DNA of 64,000 nt. It comes from Dictyostelium discoideum. Its lineage: Eukaryota. Both the position numbers and the translations under genes were made by a program. Below the pieces are notes generated by a model. That model worked only from the letters and a program-made list of their open reading frames with translations. It had not been told where the DNA came from and did not search any database. How positions within the stretch are numbered: the first letter of the stretch is position 1; each line of letters begins with the position of its first letter. Positions 16,308 through 36,312 of the stretch are shown piece after piece. Location of the stretch: assembly GCA_000004695.1 (NCBI GenBank), contig CM000152.2, positions 2,944,001-3,008,000 of the forward strand, given 5' to 3'.

Positions 16308-17102
16308 TCTTTTTTATTTTTTTTTTTTTTTAATTTTTAAAAAAAATAGAAAAGTTAAAAAAAAAAAAAAAAAAAAATTTTGGGTGGGAGGCTTTATTTG
16401 CAGCATTGAGAAAAAAAAAAAATCAGACTTGGCTTTTTTTGAAGCATCATAAAGATCTTTAATTTTTTTATTTAAATTTTTTTTTTTTTTTATTTTATTT
16501 TTTTTCAACAATACCCCTGTATTAAAATTTAAATATATCGAAATAATTTATTTTTAGTTTTTTTTTTTTAACGCTATTATAATTTAAAAAAAAAAAAAAA
16601 TAAAAAAAAAATAAAAAATCAATTTCCACTTTATTTTTTTAATTATTAAAAAAAAGTATGAAAATAAAAAAAAAAAGTTATTTGTTTAACTATTTTTTTT
16701 TTTAATCAAATTTTTCATAATTTCTCACATTAAAACTTTTTGATCTTTTCATGGATTGTCTTATTTGAAAAACGCTGTTAAAAAAATAAAAAATAAAACA
16801 AAGTAAAATATAATTTTAAAAAAAAATAATTAATTAAAAATATAATTAAAAAAAAAAAAAAAAATCAAAAAATCAAAAAAAAAAAATCCAATCAAAAATC
16901 AAAAATAGATGCGTTCGCAATAAAAAAATTTGCGTTTTACAAAAAAAAAAAAAAAAATAAAAAACCATTTCTCTGAAAATATCTTCATCCATTGGCTGAA
17001 TAAAAAACCACAAAAAAAAAAAAAAAAAAAAAAATAGACTTAATCATTTCACTTATAGGTTAAACGTTCACTTGATTCCTTTTAATTATTCTTTTAAAAA
17101 AA

Positions 17103-21064
<3,962 letters not shown>

Positions 21065-21388
21065 TCTCTCTCAAACTTTATAAATATATACTTATTTATT
21101 AAAATAATTGTAAATACACTATAAATCCCAAAACTTTCTTTGTACTTTTAAAAAAAAAAAAAATTAAATAAAAAAAATTAAATTAAAACAATTTGTTATG
21201 TGTGTATAAAAATATGCAAATGATATTATTTTTATTTATATATATATTTATATACATATAATATATGTTAAAAAATAATAAAAAAAAAGTTTTGAAATGA
21301 ATATTTTACAAATATTAAAGAAAATCAAATGTGTTGAGGGAAAAAACATAAACATATATGCGTGTGTATTGAAGTTGGTGTTTTTTTT

Positions 21389-21417
<29 letters not shown>

Positions 21418-21424
<7 letters not shown>

Positions 21425-21726
21425 ACAAATACATCAGACCCTAAATCAAAGTATGAAGTTGGAGGTGGTGGTGGAGTTTGAGGTTTTTCTTCCCAAGTAT
21501 TTGTTTTCCATTGGAATATTTGATTATTTTGAGTAAGAAGATTTTGTTGTTGATCATTTTGTTTTTCCAAGTTTTGTTGTTCTTGTGCCATCTCTTCTAA
21601 ATCAAATAACATTGTACATTCTTCATCAGTTAGTTCATATAAACCATTATGTACCAATGAAATACACTTTAGTAATAATGGGATTTCGATAATAAATTCT
21701 CTATATAAATCTTTTAATAATTCCAT
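21418..21726 (-). CDS. Small hypothetical protein (102 aa). The 3' end may instead be spliced at the GTATTT just before the stop.
   Basis: ORF MELLKDLYREFIIEIPLLLKCISLVHNGLYELTDEECTMLFDLEEMAQEQ...PPPPPTSYFDLGSDVFVL. It is not low-complexity and has AT-rich flanks. No recognised domain. Confidence 0.4.
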
Positions 21727-21959
21727 ATCTTAAATTAATTATTTTGGAAAAAAAAAAAAAAAAGTATTAATATATATAAATTAAACTTTTCTATTATTTA
21801 TAAAAAATAATAATTACATGTTGTTAAACTTCTCTTTTTGACAAACATTTTCAATGCAAAATCATCTTGAAGTGAACTAATTAAAACATCTTTGAAACTC
21901 TTTTTTTTTTTTTAAATTAAAATTTATAATTAGTATTATTAAAATTTTAAAAAATATTA

Positions 21960-22059
21960 TCAATTATTATCATTACTTACATCTAAATCTGGTTTATGTT
22001 TTTTAGCAATTGGTTGTTTCTTTGATTCAGAAGTTGGATGAATATTTTTAGTTGTTGAC

Positions 22060-22095
<36 letters not shown>

Positions 22096-22738
22096 GTTGA
22101 AGTAATTGAACCACCATTTTGAACGATAGCAGGAGTTGATTTAAGAGTTGGAGTTGATTTTAATTTTGGAGCAGGTGGACAATAAGAAGGAATATCACCA
22201 GATAATGAACCTCTACGATTTAATTCAAATGGAACAGAGATTGAAGATCTTCTAGCTTCAGAGATACCAGATGGTTTCATTTGTAAGGTTGCCATTGATG
22301 ATCTTCTATTTGGACCTTTTAATTTATTCAATAATGGATTAACTGGTTCATTTGGTGGTTGTTGAGCGGATGAAGAAGAAGAAGAAGGTGGTGGTGGTGG
22401 TGGTTGAGCAGATTGTTGATAAGGTTTTACTGGTGGAACATTACCACCATCTAAACTATACAATGGGGAGATATCACCTTCATCCATTTTAATTAAATTT
22501 AAACACAAATCCAAATAGGAACCATACTCATAGTTATTATCGCACATATTTTGCCAAATTGCAGCAAGGATTTCAATCTTTTGAGGTTTCTTTAATATTG
22601 ATTTCATTGGAATTATCTTATTCATAATTTTCTTTTTCCAGATTTCTTTTTGTGGTGTCCAAATCTTACTGTCAATTATACTAACAATTACAGATAAATT
22701 TGAATCTGGTGCGCTTGAAAGTTCTGGTGATTCTTTAA

Positions 22739-22775
<37 letters not shown>

Positions 22776-24432
22776 ATTATTATTGGATGAAGTAGTTGTT
22801 GTAATTGTTGTATTATTATTATTATTATTATTATTGTTATTATTATTTTGTTGTGATTGAGGTTGTTTAACAACAGAAGATAAAGAAGGTGAATTTGATC
22901 TTGCTACTTTTGGTGATAAAAATCCACTTGGTAAGTTAATTTGTTGATTATTATTACTACTAATTGTATTTAAATCAATAGTTGGAACATTATGGTTATC
23001 TTTAATTCCACTACTACTAGATAAACTAAATTGTAGTTGTGAATTGCTATTATTATTATTTGATGATGATTCCATTAAACCATCATTTAAATCGAATGAT
23101 GCATCAATATCCATATTGTTGTTATTAATATTAATACTATTATTATTATTATTACAGTTATTTAAATTAAATTGTGAAGGTGAAGTAATATTCATTGAAC
23201 GTCTTAAGAATGGTGATAATGGTATAGTTGGTGATGTTGAAGATGGTGAAATATTTGATTTATCATCCAACATTAATTGTCTAAGAATTTTATAGTTTTG
23301 AATACCTAATGCTTGAAAGAAAGATTTCCAAAAGATGGTATTCAAAGTTGAATCATCATCACATTTTTCAGATAAACTTTTGGAGATTGTTTTACCGTGG
23401 TTTGTTGCAACTTTAACAACCTCTCTTTGAGCGTTCAAATCATCATTGATGGCCTTTGGTATGATCCATTTATTATTCTTTAATTCAAATAAATTCTTTA
23501 CCATAAATCTAACACGTGGTGGTAACAATTGTCTGTTTTCAATTAAAAATGATAAAACTGATGTAGCATCTTCCAATGCTTTTTGAATACCTTTAAAATG
23601 TAAATCATTTTCACGAGATTGTATATTGTTGTTGTTGATGTTGTTAGTAGTGGAAGTTGTATTTTCATAATTATTTTCATTATCTTCTTCATCATGATCG
23701 TCATCATCATGATCATGATTATTATTATTATTATTATTATTATGAGTTTTATTATTTTCATGTTTACTTGAGAAACCACCCATTGACTCTATGGTTTTAC
23801 CGGCTGAAGTGAATGAAGTTGCAATTATTTCAATTTCCATTAATTGTTGTAGTGTCATATCATCAGCGGTTTCTTTGGTAACTTGTGGTAAATGATTATT
23901 TACAACATCAACTAAAAATGAACTTGGTAATGTATAATAGCATTCACCCATAAATTTACATAAATTTAAAAAACTCTGTTTACTACTATTGAAATCAAAT
24001 GTTTCTTCATTACTATTGATTTGATCAGTTAATATTTGATAACGCTTATTAAAATTTTCAACTAATTTATTTCCAACTCCCTAGAAAGGAAAATAAATAA
24101 ATAAAAAAATAATTTATTAATAAATAAAATTTATATTTTTTTTATTTAAAATTTATTTTAAACTTACAATTGAAAAATTTTGTTGAAAAATTGGTTGAAT
24201 TTTATTTATAATTTGAATATAATAACTTGATGATGATGGTTCCTCAACCACCTTTTCAAAAATATTATTTATAAATAATGTAGATTCATTTTTATCTAAT
24301 AATTGACACTTTGATACTAATTGATCAATTAAAACTTGAAAATTATCTTTGGAGATTTTATTTAAAATTCTAAAATTAAAAATTAAAAATTAGTATTTTA
24401 TTTTATTTTATTTTTTTTAAAATAAAAAATAT

Positions 24433-24463
<31 letters not shown>

Positions 24464-24512
24464 TTAAAATATCATACCTTGATACAACGTTTAAGGGATC
24501 TGATTGGCTCAT
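21960..24512 (-). CDS. MIF4G-domain protein (eIF4G middle-domain-like; CTIF/PAIP1/SLIP1 class). Exons: 24478..24512, 24168..24369 and 21960..24080.
   Basis: Exon 1 is MSQSDPLNVVS(R), ending AG|GTATGA. Exon 2 (after AATTTTAG|) is ILNKISKDNFQVLIDQLVSKCQLLDKNESTLFINNIFEKVVEEPSSSSYYIQIINKIQPIFQQNFSI|GTAAGT. Exon 3 (after CTAG|) is GVGNKLVENFNKRYQILTDQINSNEETFDFNSSKQSFLNLCKFMGECYYTLPSSFLVDVVNNHL..., followed by RVRFMVKNLFELKNNKW. That last stretch matches the MIF4G C-terminal helix (RIRFMLQDV.DLR..NW). A poly-N/S/Q-rich tail follows. The phases (2, 0) check. Confidence 0.75.
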
Positions 24513-25017
24513 TATTGATTCTTCTAAAATATTTAAAAAAAAAATATATATTAATAATTTATTTAATTTATGTTTTACACTTTTTTTATATTATTATTAT
24601 TATTTTTATTTTTATTTTTATTTTTATTTTTATTTTTATTTTTATTTTTATTTTTATTTTTACTATTATTATTATTTTTATTATTATTATTTTTTTTTTA
24701 AAAAAAAAAAAATAAAATAAAATTATTAAATAAAAAGAGGAAGGAAGAATAATATTTACAAAATAGTTTTAATTAATTAAATAAAATGTTTTAAAAATTA
24801 AATAAAAGTACGAAGAAAAACTAAGTATTTGTACAATATAACAAATGTAATGATATTAGTGTATAATAAAATAAAATAAAATAAAATCAAAAAAAAAAAA
24901 AAAAAAAGATTTTTTTGTTTTTTTATTTTTGATTTCTTTATATATTTAATTTTTTTATTATTGTTATTATTATTTTTTTTTAATATATTTATTTTTTATT
25001 TTTATTTTTATTTTTAA

Positions 25018-25048
<31 letters not shown>

Positions 25049-25340
25049 GGTAAATAAAAAATAAATTTAATTTTATATGTATAAAAAAAAAAAATATTTA
25101 ATTGGTGATATTATGTAAAAAATAATTAAAAAATATTGAAATTAAAAATAATATTATTAAAAAAAAAAAAAAAAAAAAAAAAATAAATAATTAAAAAAAA
25201 AAAAGATAATGATGAATTAAAGATTTTGTAAATTGCCAACCAAATAGACAAATATACAGACAAATATACACAAAAGTAGACCAAAAATAAATAAAAATAA
25301 AAATAAAAATTTTTATTTACAAAAAACAACCACCCCCTAA

Positions 25341-25343
<3 letters not shown>

Positions 25344-25418
<75 letters not shown>
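25344..25418. repeat. Poly(T) homopolymer, about 75 nt.
   Basis: Uninterrupted T run read directly in the sequence. It lies within the 3.5 kb gene-free region. Confidence 0.95.
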
Positions 25419-25420
<2 letters not shown>

Positions 25421-27025
25421 CTCAAACACACATTAAGTTTTAACACACAGTGTGTATGTCAATATGTTACTATTATAATTATATTAAATATACATATTTA
25501 TATATATTGGATGAAATGGTGGGAACGAGAAAAAAAAAATAATAAATAAAATAAAATAAATAAAAAAAACATTCCAAATTTAATATTTACTAAATATATG
25601 CGGATGGGTTGTTATTTGAAATGTGAGAAAGAACTAGTTAATTTATCAATATTATTTCTATTATTATTATTAATAATATTATTTTTATTATTATCTTTTA
25701 TAGTTCACAAGAAAGTTGAAATTTGATATATATAAATATATATAAAAACCAATTATTTATTTTATTTTATTTATTTTATTTTTTATTTTTTATAATTATT
25801 ATGTGATATAAATTGGAAAGATTTGTGTTATGATTTTATATTTTTACTTTAAATTTTAATATTTAATTTAAATTAATTAGATTTTATTTGATTGACTAAT
25901 TTATTTTATTATTATAGTTACAATTAATGATTAAAAAAATTATTTTAAAAAAAAAAAATAAAAAAAAAATAAAAATTAATTTAAAAATAGGAAAAAAAAC
26001 AATTAAAATAAAAAAAAAATAAAAAATAAAAAATAAAAAAATAAAATAATAATTATAATATTATTAATAAAATATATACACCACTAGTAAATACACACCT
26101 TAAACACTCTAATTCTTATTTTTTTTTTTTTTTTTTTTCTATAAATACACTTTTTTTTATTTTTATTATTTTTTATTTTGGGTATGCATGGTGTTATAAA
26201 CAAGGTGAAAAAAAAAAAAAAAAAATTTTGTGTGAGTGCGAGAATTTAGTTAGTGTGGTGAGTGAGTGAGCATGTGTGTGTGTGTGGGAGAATATGAAGA
26301 TAAAATCTCTCTTTTTTTTTTTTTTTTTAATTTTCTATATCACTTCTCATGATAATGTGATTGTGTGAAAGTATGTGTGAAAGTTAAAAATAAACAAATA
26401 ATTTTCTTTAGTGTGATTATTGCTTTTGTTGTTTTTTTTTTTTTTTTTACAAAAATCAAATTGGTTCAATGTTTAATGTTGTTAGTTTCACAAAAAATTA
26501 AAAATAAAAAAAAATAAATTAAAAATTAAAAAAAAAAATAAAATAAAAAATAAACATTCATTATTGTGTAGGATTATGGTTTGGTTTTATTATTTTTGTT
26601 TTGTTTTGTTTTTTTCTTTTTTTTTTTTTTTTTAAATGGTCCAATTTTATTATTTTACATATATGTAGCTATTAAATTCCTCATCTTTGCTTTATTATTA
26701 AAAAAGTTTTGGATGGGGTGAAATGAAAAAAAATAAAAAATAAAAAAAAAATTAATTATAAAATGTTGTTTTTATTTCAATTTATATCCATTTTTTGAGA
26801 TTTTTGAATATATTTCGGGTATTTCGAGATTTATTTAAATAAAAAAAATAAAAAAAATAAAAAAAAAAAGATATAATTAAAAAAAAAAAAAAAAAAAAAA
26901 TATTTATCATTATTATTAATATTATTATTATTAGTGAAACTTTTTTTTACCATAAAGTTTATCTTTTATTTTTGATGTAAAACTCCTTTTCATTTTGTAT
27001 TAATTATTATAAAAAGAAGAATGTA

Positions 27026-27062
<37 letters not shown>

Positions 27063-27975
27063 TTATTTGGTTTTTTTAATTTATAGAAAAAAAAAATATA
27101 AAATATAAAATTTTAAAAAAAAAAAATATAAAACAAAAAAAAAAAATAAAAAATAAAAAAAAATTATAAAAAACAAAACAAAAAAAAAAAAACAAAACAA
27201 AAAACAACAATTCTTTTTTTTTCTTACATTTTTGTGAGGATAAAAAATAATCTTTTTTATTTTTTTTATTTTTATTTTATTTTTATTTTATTTTTATTTT
27301 TTTTTATTTTTTTATTTAAAACTGATTTATTATTATTTGTTTGTTGTTTTATATTCTAAGGGAAATGAAAAATAAAAAAATAAAAAAATTATAATTTATA
27401 AATTTATGAATAAATTTTTTTTGTTATTCCTTTTCTTTTTTTATTTAATTTTTTTTTTTTTAAAATTAATTTTTTTTATTTTAAAATGAAAATACAAGAA
27501 TACTGATAAATTTATTTTATTTTAAGAGTTTGAAGGGTTTAATTGTGATTCCGATAATCAAAATTAAAAACAAAAAAAAATATTTAAAAAAAAATGAAAA
27601 AATAAAAAATAAAAAAAAAAAAATATTGTGGGGTTCATAATTTTTCTCAATCCTAATACGAGATATTTCAATTATAAAAAAAAAAAAAAAAAAAAAAGGA
27701 AATTTAATTAATAAAAATAAAAATTAATGAAAACAACCAATAAATCATTTATTATTATTTTTTTTTTTAATTTTTAATTTTTGGTTTTTTTTTATGGAAT
27801 TGTAGTTTTTAAACTATTGCTAAAAGAGTATGTTCGCTCACAATTTGATTGCAAATAAAAAAAATATAAAAATATATTAATCATTTAAAATTTGAGTAAA
27901 TTTACCCACACAAAAATATTGATCACCTTTAATTTTTTTTTTTTTTTTATTTTTTATTTTTTATTTTTTTTTTAT

Positions 27976-32291
<4,316 letters not shown>

Positions 32292-32787
32292 TTTCTTTTT
32301 TTTTTTTTTTTTTTACTACTATTTACACATGTTGGGAAATGAAATAAACTATTTTTAAAAAAAAAAATAAAAAAAAAAATAAAAAAAAAAAAAAAAAAAA
32401 AAATAATAAAAAAAAAGATTTTTATTTTTTTATATTGATAAAATTATTTAATTTAATTTAATAAAATTATTTTTTATTTTTTTTTTTTAAGTTTTATTAA
32501 TTTCCTATTTTCATTTATTTATTTTATTGTTTTTTTTTTTTTTAAAAAACAGATAAGCTAATGGACAAAATAAGAATATTTAAATTTAATAGTTTTTTTT
32601 TTTTTTTTTTTTTTATTCAAAAAAAAAAAAAAAAAAAAATAGAACTTAAACACAACCAAAAAAGATATTTCCTTTTTTAATTTTATAAAAAAATTAAAAT
32701 AAAATAATAATTATTTTTAATAGGTTAATCCTGGAAAATATTTAAACAAAATAAAAAAAAAATTATAATAAATAATAAAATCCATGT

Positions 32788-33787
32788 TTATTTTGATTTT
32801 TTAGTAGTTCCAAAATTTGAAGGTAACCCAAAAGAAGAATAATCAAATTCATCTTCTTCATATTCAACTTTTTCTTTTTCTTTTTCTTTTTCTTTTTCTT
32901 TTTCTTTTTCTTTTTCTTTTTCATTTTCTTTTTCTTTTTCATTTTCTTTTTCTTTTTTATTTACATTTACATTTTCATTTTCATTTTCATTTTCATTTTC
33001 ATTTTCATTTTCATTTTCATTTTCATTTTCATTTTCATTTTCATTTTTATTTAAATTGTCTTTACTATTATCATTAGGATTATTAATAGATTCTTGTTGG
33101 TTTGTAGATTCATCATTTTCTTTTTCTTTTATATTTTTTATAATTTTTTCATATTCTTGATCTCTTTTTAATTGTAAATCTTTTTCAGTTACCTTTTTAC
33201 CATCATTTAATTTTGATAATAATTTATCTTCTTTTCCTTTTTTTAATTTATTTTTAACTTGTGATAATGTTGATGTTTCAACTCTCATACTAACACCTTT
33301 TAATCTATTATCTAAATAATATTAATAAATTATTATTTATTTATTTATTTATTATGGAAATTTTATGTTAATAAATTTTGGGGAGGGGAGGGTACCATAA
33401 TTAAAAAAAAAAAAAACTATACATACGTCTTTTAGTATTTACATGAGCTAACATTGAATTTGAATCTTTAAAACTAACATCACAAACATCACAATAGAAA
33501 CCACCATGTTTATCAGTTGGTGTAACACCTTGAACTATTGTAGTTTTACCAACTTTATTAATAAGATTTAAATCTTCATCTCTTGCTTTAAAGAATGATA
33601 AAGGTTTATCTGGATCAATTATATTATTTTGGTTCATTCTTTGTCTTTTTTTTGATATTTCATCTTCCTCATCACCATCACCGTCAACTAATAAACCTGC
33701 TTCTCTATCTTTTGCTCTTTGTGCAAAATATTCTGAATCCCATTTCTTTCTAAATGTTGAATCTACAAAATCTTTTTTTTCACTCAT
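32788..33787 (-). CDS. U4/U6.U5 tri-snRNP zinc-finger protein ZMAT2 / Snu23 homologue. Exons: 33427..33787 and 32788..33311.
   Basis: Exon 1 is MSEKKDFVDSTFRKKWDSEYFAQRAKDRE...LNLINKVGKTTIVQGVTPTDKHGGFYCDVCDVSFKDSNSMLAHVNTKR, ending C|GTATGT. Exon 2 (after TTATTTAG|) is HNRLKGVSMRVETSTLSQVKNKL...EEDEFDYSSFGLPSNFGTTKKSK. The N-terminus (FRRKWDKDEY), the matrin-type C2H2 finger, HQRNLGMSMRVERSTL and the C-terminus (GFSGFGSTKKSY) all match ZMAT2 in the same order. The intron is 115 bp, phase 1. Confidence 0.85.
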
Positions 33788-34016
33788 AATAATTATCCTT
33801 CCTTTTTTAATTATAATGTATAAAAATGAAAGAGAGAGTGTGAAAATTATGATAATAAAATAAAATTAAAAAATTGAAAATTAAAAAAAAAAAAAAAAAA
33901 GGGGTTGGTTTCTTCTCAAAAAAACGAATATCCTTTTGAAAAAAAAAAAAAAAAATGAAAACTTTTTTTTTTTTTTTTTTTTTTTTTTCATATTTTATTT
34001 TTGTATCTGCATTATA

Positions 34017-34724
34017 ATGAAAAAAAAACAATTAAAAGAATTAAATCAAGAAACATTATCACCATCATCATATGAATTTTGGGATGATTTTTATGATAGT
34101 GGTGAAGGTAAAGGTGAATGTTATGAATGGTATGTTAATTTCAATCAATTAAAGAATTATTTATTGAATTTGATAAAAGATGGTGATAAGATTTTACATG
34201 TTGGTTGTGGTAATAGTTTTTTAGCAGAGGATTTAGTTGAAGAGACTGAAAATATTCATATTGAAATTATAAATATTGACGTTTGTGAGAATGCAATCAA
34301 TAGAATGAATGAAAGAAATAAGAAAATTACAAATCAACGTGTTAGAAATAGTTTAATTTATCAAGTTGAAGATGCGACTGAAACAAACTTTAAAGATAAT
34401 CAATTCAATGGTATCTTGGATAAAGGTACTGCTGATGCATTATTATCAACATTAGAGTTGGAGCAAGGTGATAACGAAATGGTTAAATCATTATTAAGAG
34501 AAATGTATCGTCTCTTAAAATATCATACAGGTTGGTTCGTTTGTGTATCAAGAAATGTCTGTTTGGAACCTTATTTTTACAGTGATGAAATGACAAATTG
34601 GGATTTAAAAAGAATTGATTTAACTACAAATTCAACAAAAGGAAAAGGTATAACTCAAGTTAATTATATTTATTTAGCAAAATCATTACCACTTTCAGAT
34701 AATGAGAATGAAAATGAAAATTAA
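34017..34724 (+). CDS. SAM-dependent methyltransferase, EEF1A-lysine methyltransferase 4 (EFM4/ECE2-MT)-like.
   Basis: The track ORF starts at 33936 through a poly-F run. The plausible start is ATG 34017 (MKKKQLKELNQETLSPSSYEFWDDFYDSGEGKGECYEWYVNFNQL...ILHVGCGNSFLAEDL...IINIDVCENAINRM). The Y..FWD..Y.......EWY and VGCGNS motifs are typical of the METTL10/EFM4 class. Confidence 0.7.
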   Translation: MKKKQLKELNQETLSPSSYEFWDDFYDSGEGKGECYEWYVNFNQLKNYLLNLIKDGDKILHVGCGNSFLAEDLVEETENIHIEIINIDVCENAINRMNERNKKITNQRVRNSLIYQVEDATETNFKDNQFNGILDKGTADALLSTLELEQGDNEMVKSLLREMYRLLKYHTGWFVCVSRNVCLEPYFYSDEMTNWDLKRIDLTTNSTKGKGITQVNYIYLAKSLPLSDNENENEN

Positions 34725-35380
34725 ATTTATCTAATAAAAAAAAATAAAAAAAAAAAAATCAATTTTAAAAAAAAAAAGTTACACAAAATTGGTGAAGGGG
34801 GTGGAAAAAAAAAAGAAAAAAAGAAAAATGTTGAAATTTCAGGATATGTTAATTTTTAGTTTTTTTGGTTTTTTTTTTTATTTTTGGTTTTTTTATTTTG
34901 TGAATAATGATCGATATTTGTTCAACCCAATCACGCTACTTTTTTGTGAATAGATAATTTTTTATTTTATTTTAAAAATTTTTTTTTTTTTTTTAAAATA
35001 TTGTGCAAATATTACCCAAAATTAATTTCGTGCATGATATTTTTTTTGAAGTTTTTGACCGATGACAAAAAATAATTTCAAACTTTTTGGCAAAACAACG
35101 CTTTAATTTTTTTTTTTTATTTTTTTTTTTAATTTTTTTTTTATTTTTTAAAATTATTTTTTTTAATTTTTTAATTTTTATTTTTTTCTTTTTTTTATTT
35201 TTATTTTATTTTTTTATTTGCAATTGCAATAGATAAATTTGCTTTTCCCTTATTATTTTTTTCTCACTTTTTTTTTTTTTTTATATTTTTTTTTCTAAAA
35301 AAAAAAATTGAAAAAAAAAAAAAAAAAACCTCAAAATAATAATAAATATAATAAACATAAATTAAATAAAAAAAAATAGA

Positions 35381-35848
35381 ATGAGTGGGAAACACTTATT
35401 CCTCATTTATTTCATAATATTTTCATTCCTTTTTATAAATATATATTGCGAAAATAACAACGTTAATGACAATGAAAATAATAATGATAAAACTTTTATA
35501 TTAAATAGAAATAATACTCATAGTATTAACGATAACACTACAAATAAAAATAATAATAAAAATAATAATAATAAAAATAATAATAATAATAAAAATAATA
35601 ATAATAATGGTAATAATGAGGATGATAATAGTTTAAATATAAATAATAATGAGGGAAAACGTTATAAACCCAAACCAACAATAACTATAACACCAATACA
35701 ACATCATACTCCTCATCCACATACACCACCACACCATTCACGACCACCACATTCACAACGACCACCACCAACTCGTCCACCAAATACATTTTACCCAAGA
35801 CCAACTAAAAGCCCATCATTACCAAACGAAAGTAGTGATCCAAATAAA

Positions 35849-35883
<35 letters not shown>

Positions 35884-36217
35884 AAGTAGTAGCAGTAGTA
35901 GCAGTAGTAGTAGTAATAATAATAATACAGATACAGGAGATGTAATACCAATGGATAGTGGTGATAACTCAGAATCAATTGTATATGATAATTTATTCTC
36001 AAAATCAATGAAACAAATTTTAGGAAATTCAAAAACTGATCCAATAACGGCTTATGTAAATTATAAATATGATTTATTTTTAAATAGATATAATATCAGT
36101 AGTGGTAATGATAATAGTAATAGTAATAGTACAGATTTTAATAGTACAAAAAGTAATGGTTTAGAATATTCTTCATTTTTAAAAGAATATATAGAAGAAA
36201 GAAAAATCAATTTTTTA

Positions 36218-36312
<95 letters not shown>

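Noticed and set aside
33807-34031. Small minus-strand ORF and poly-K/poly-F N-terminal extension of the methyltransferase ORF.
   Set aside because: This is poly-A/T promoter DNA between two divergent genes. The methyltransferase almost certainly starts at ATG 34017.
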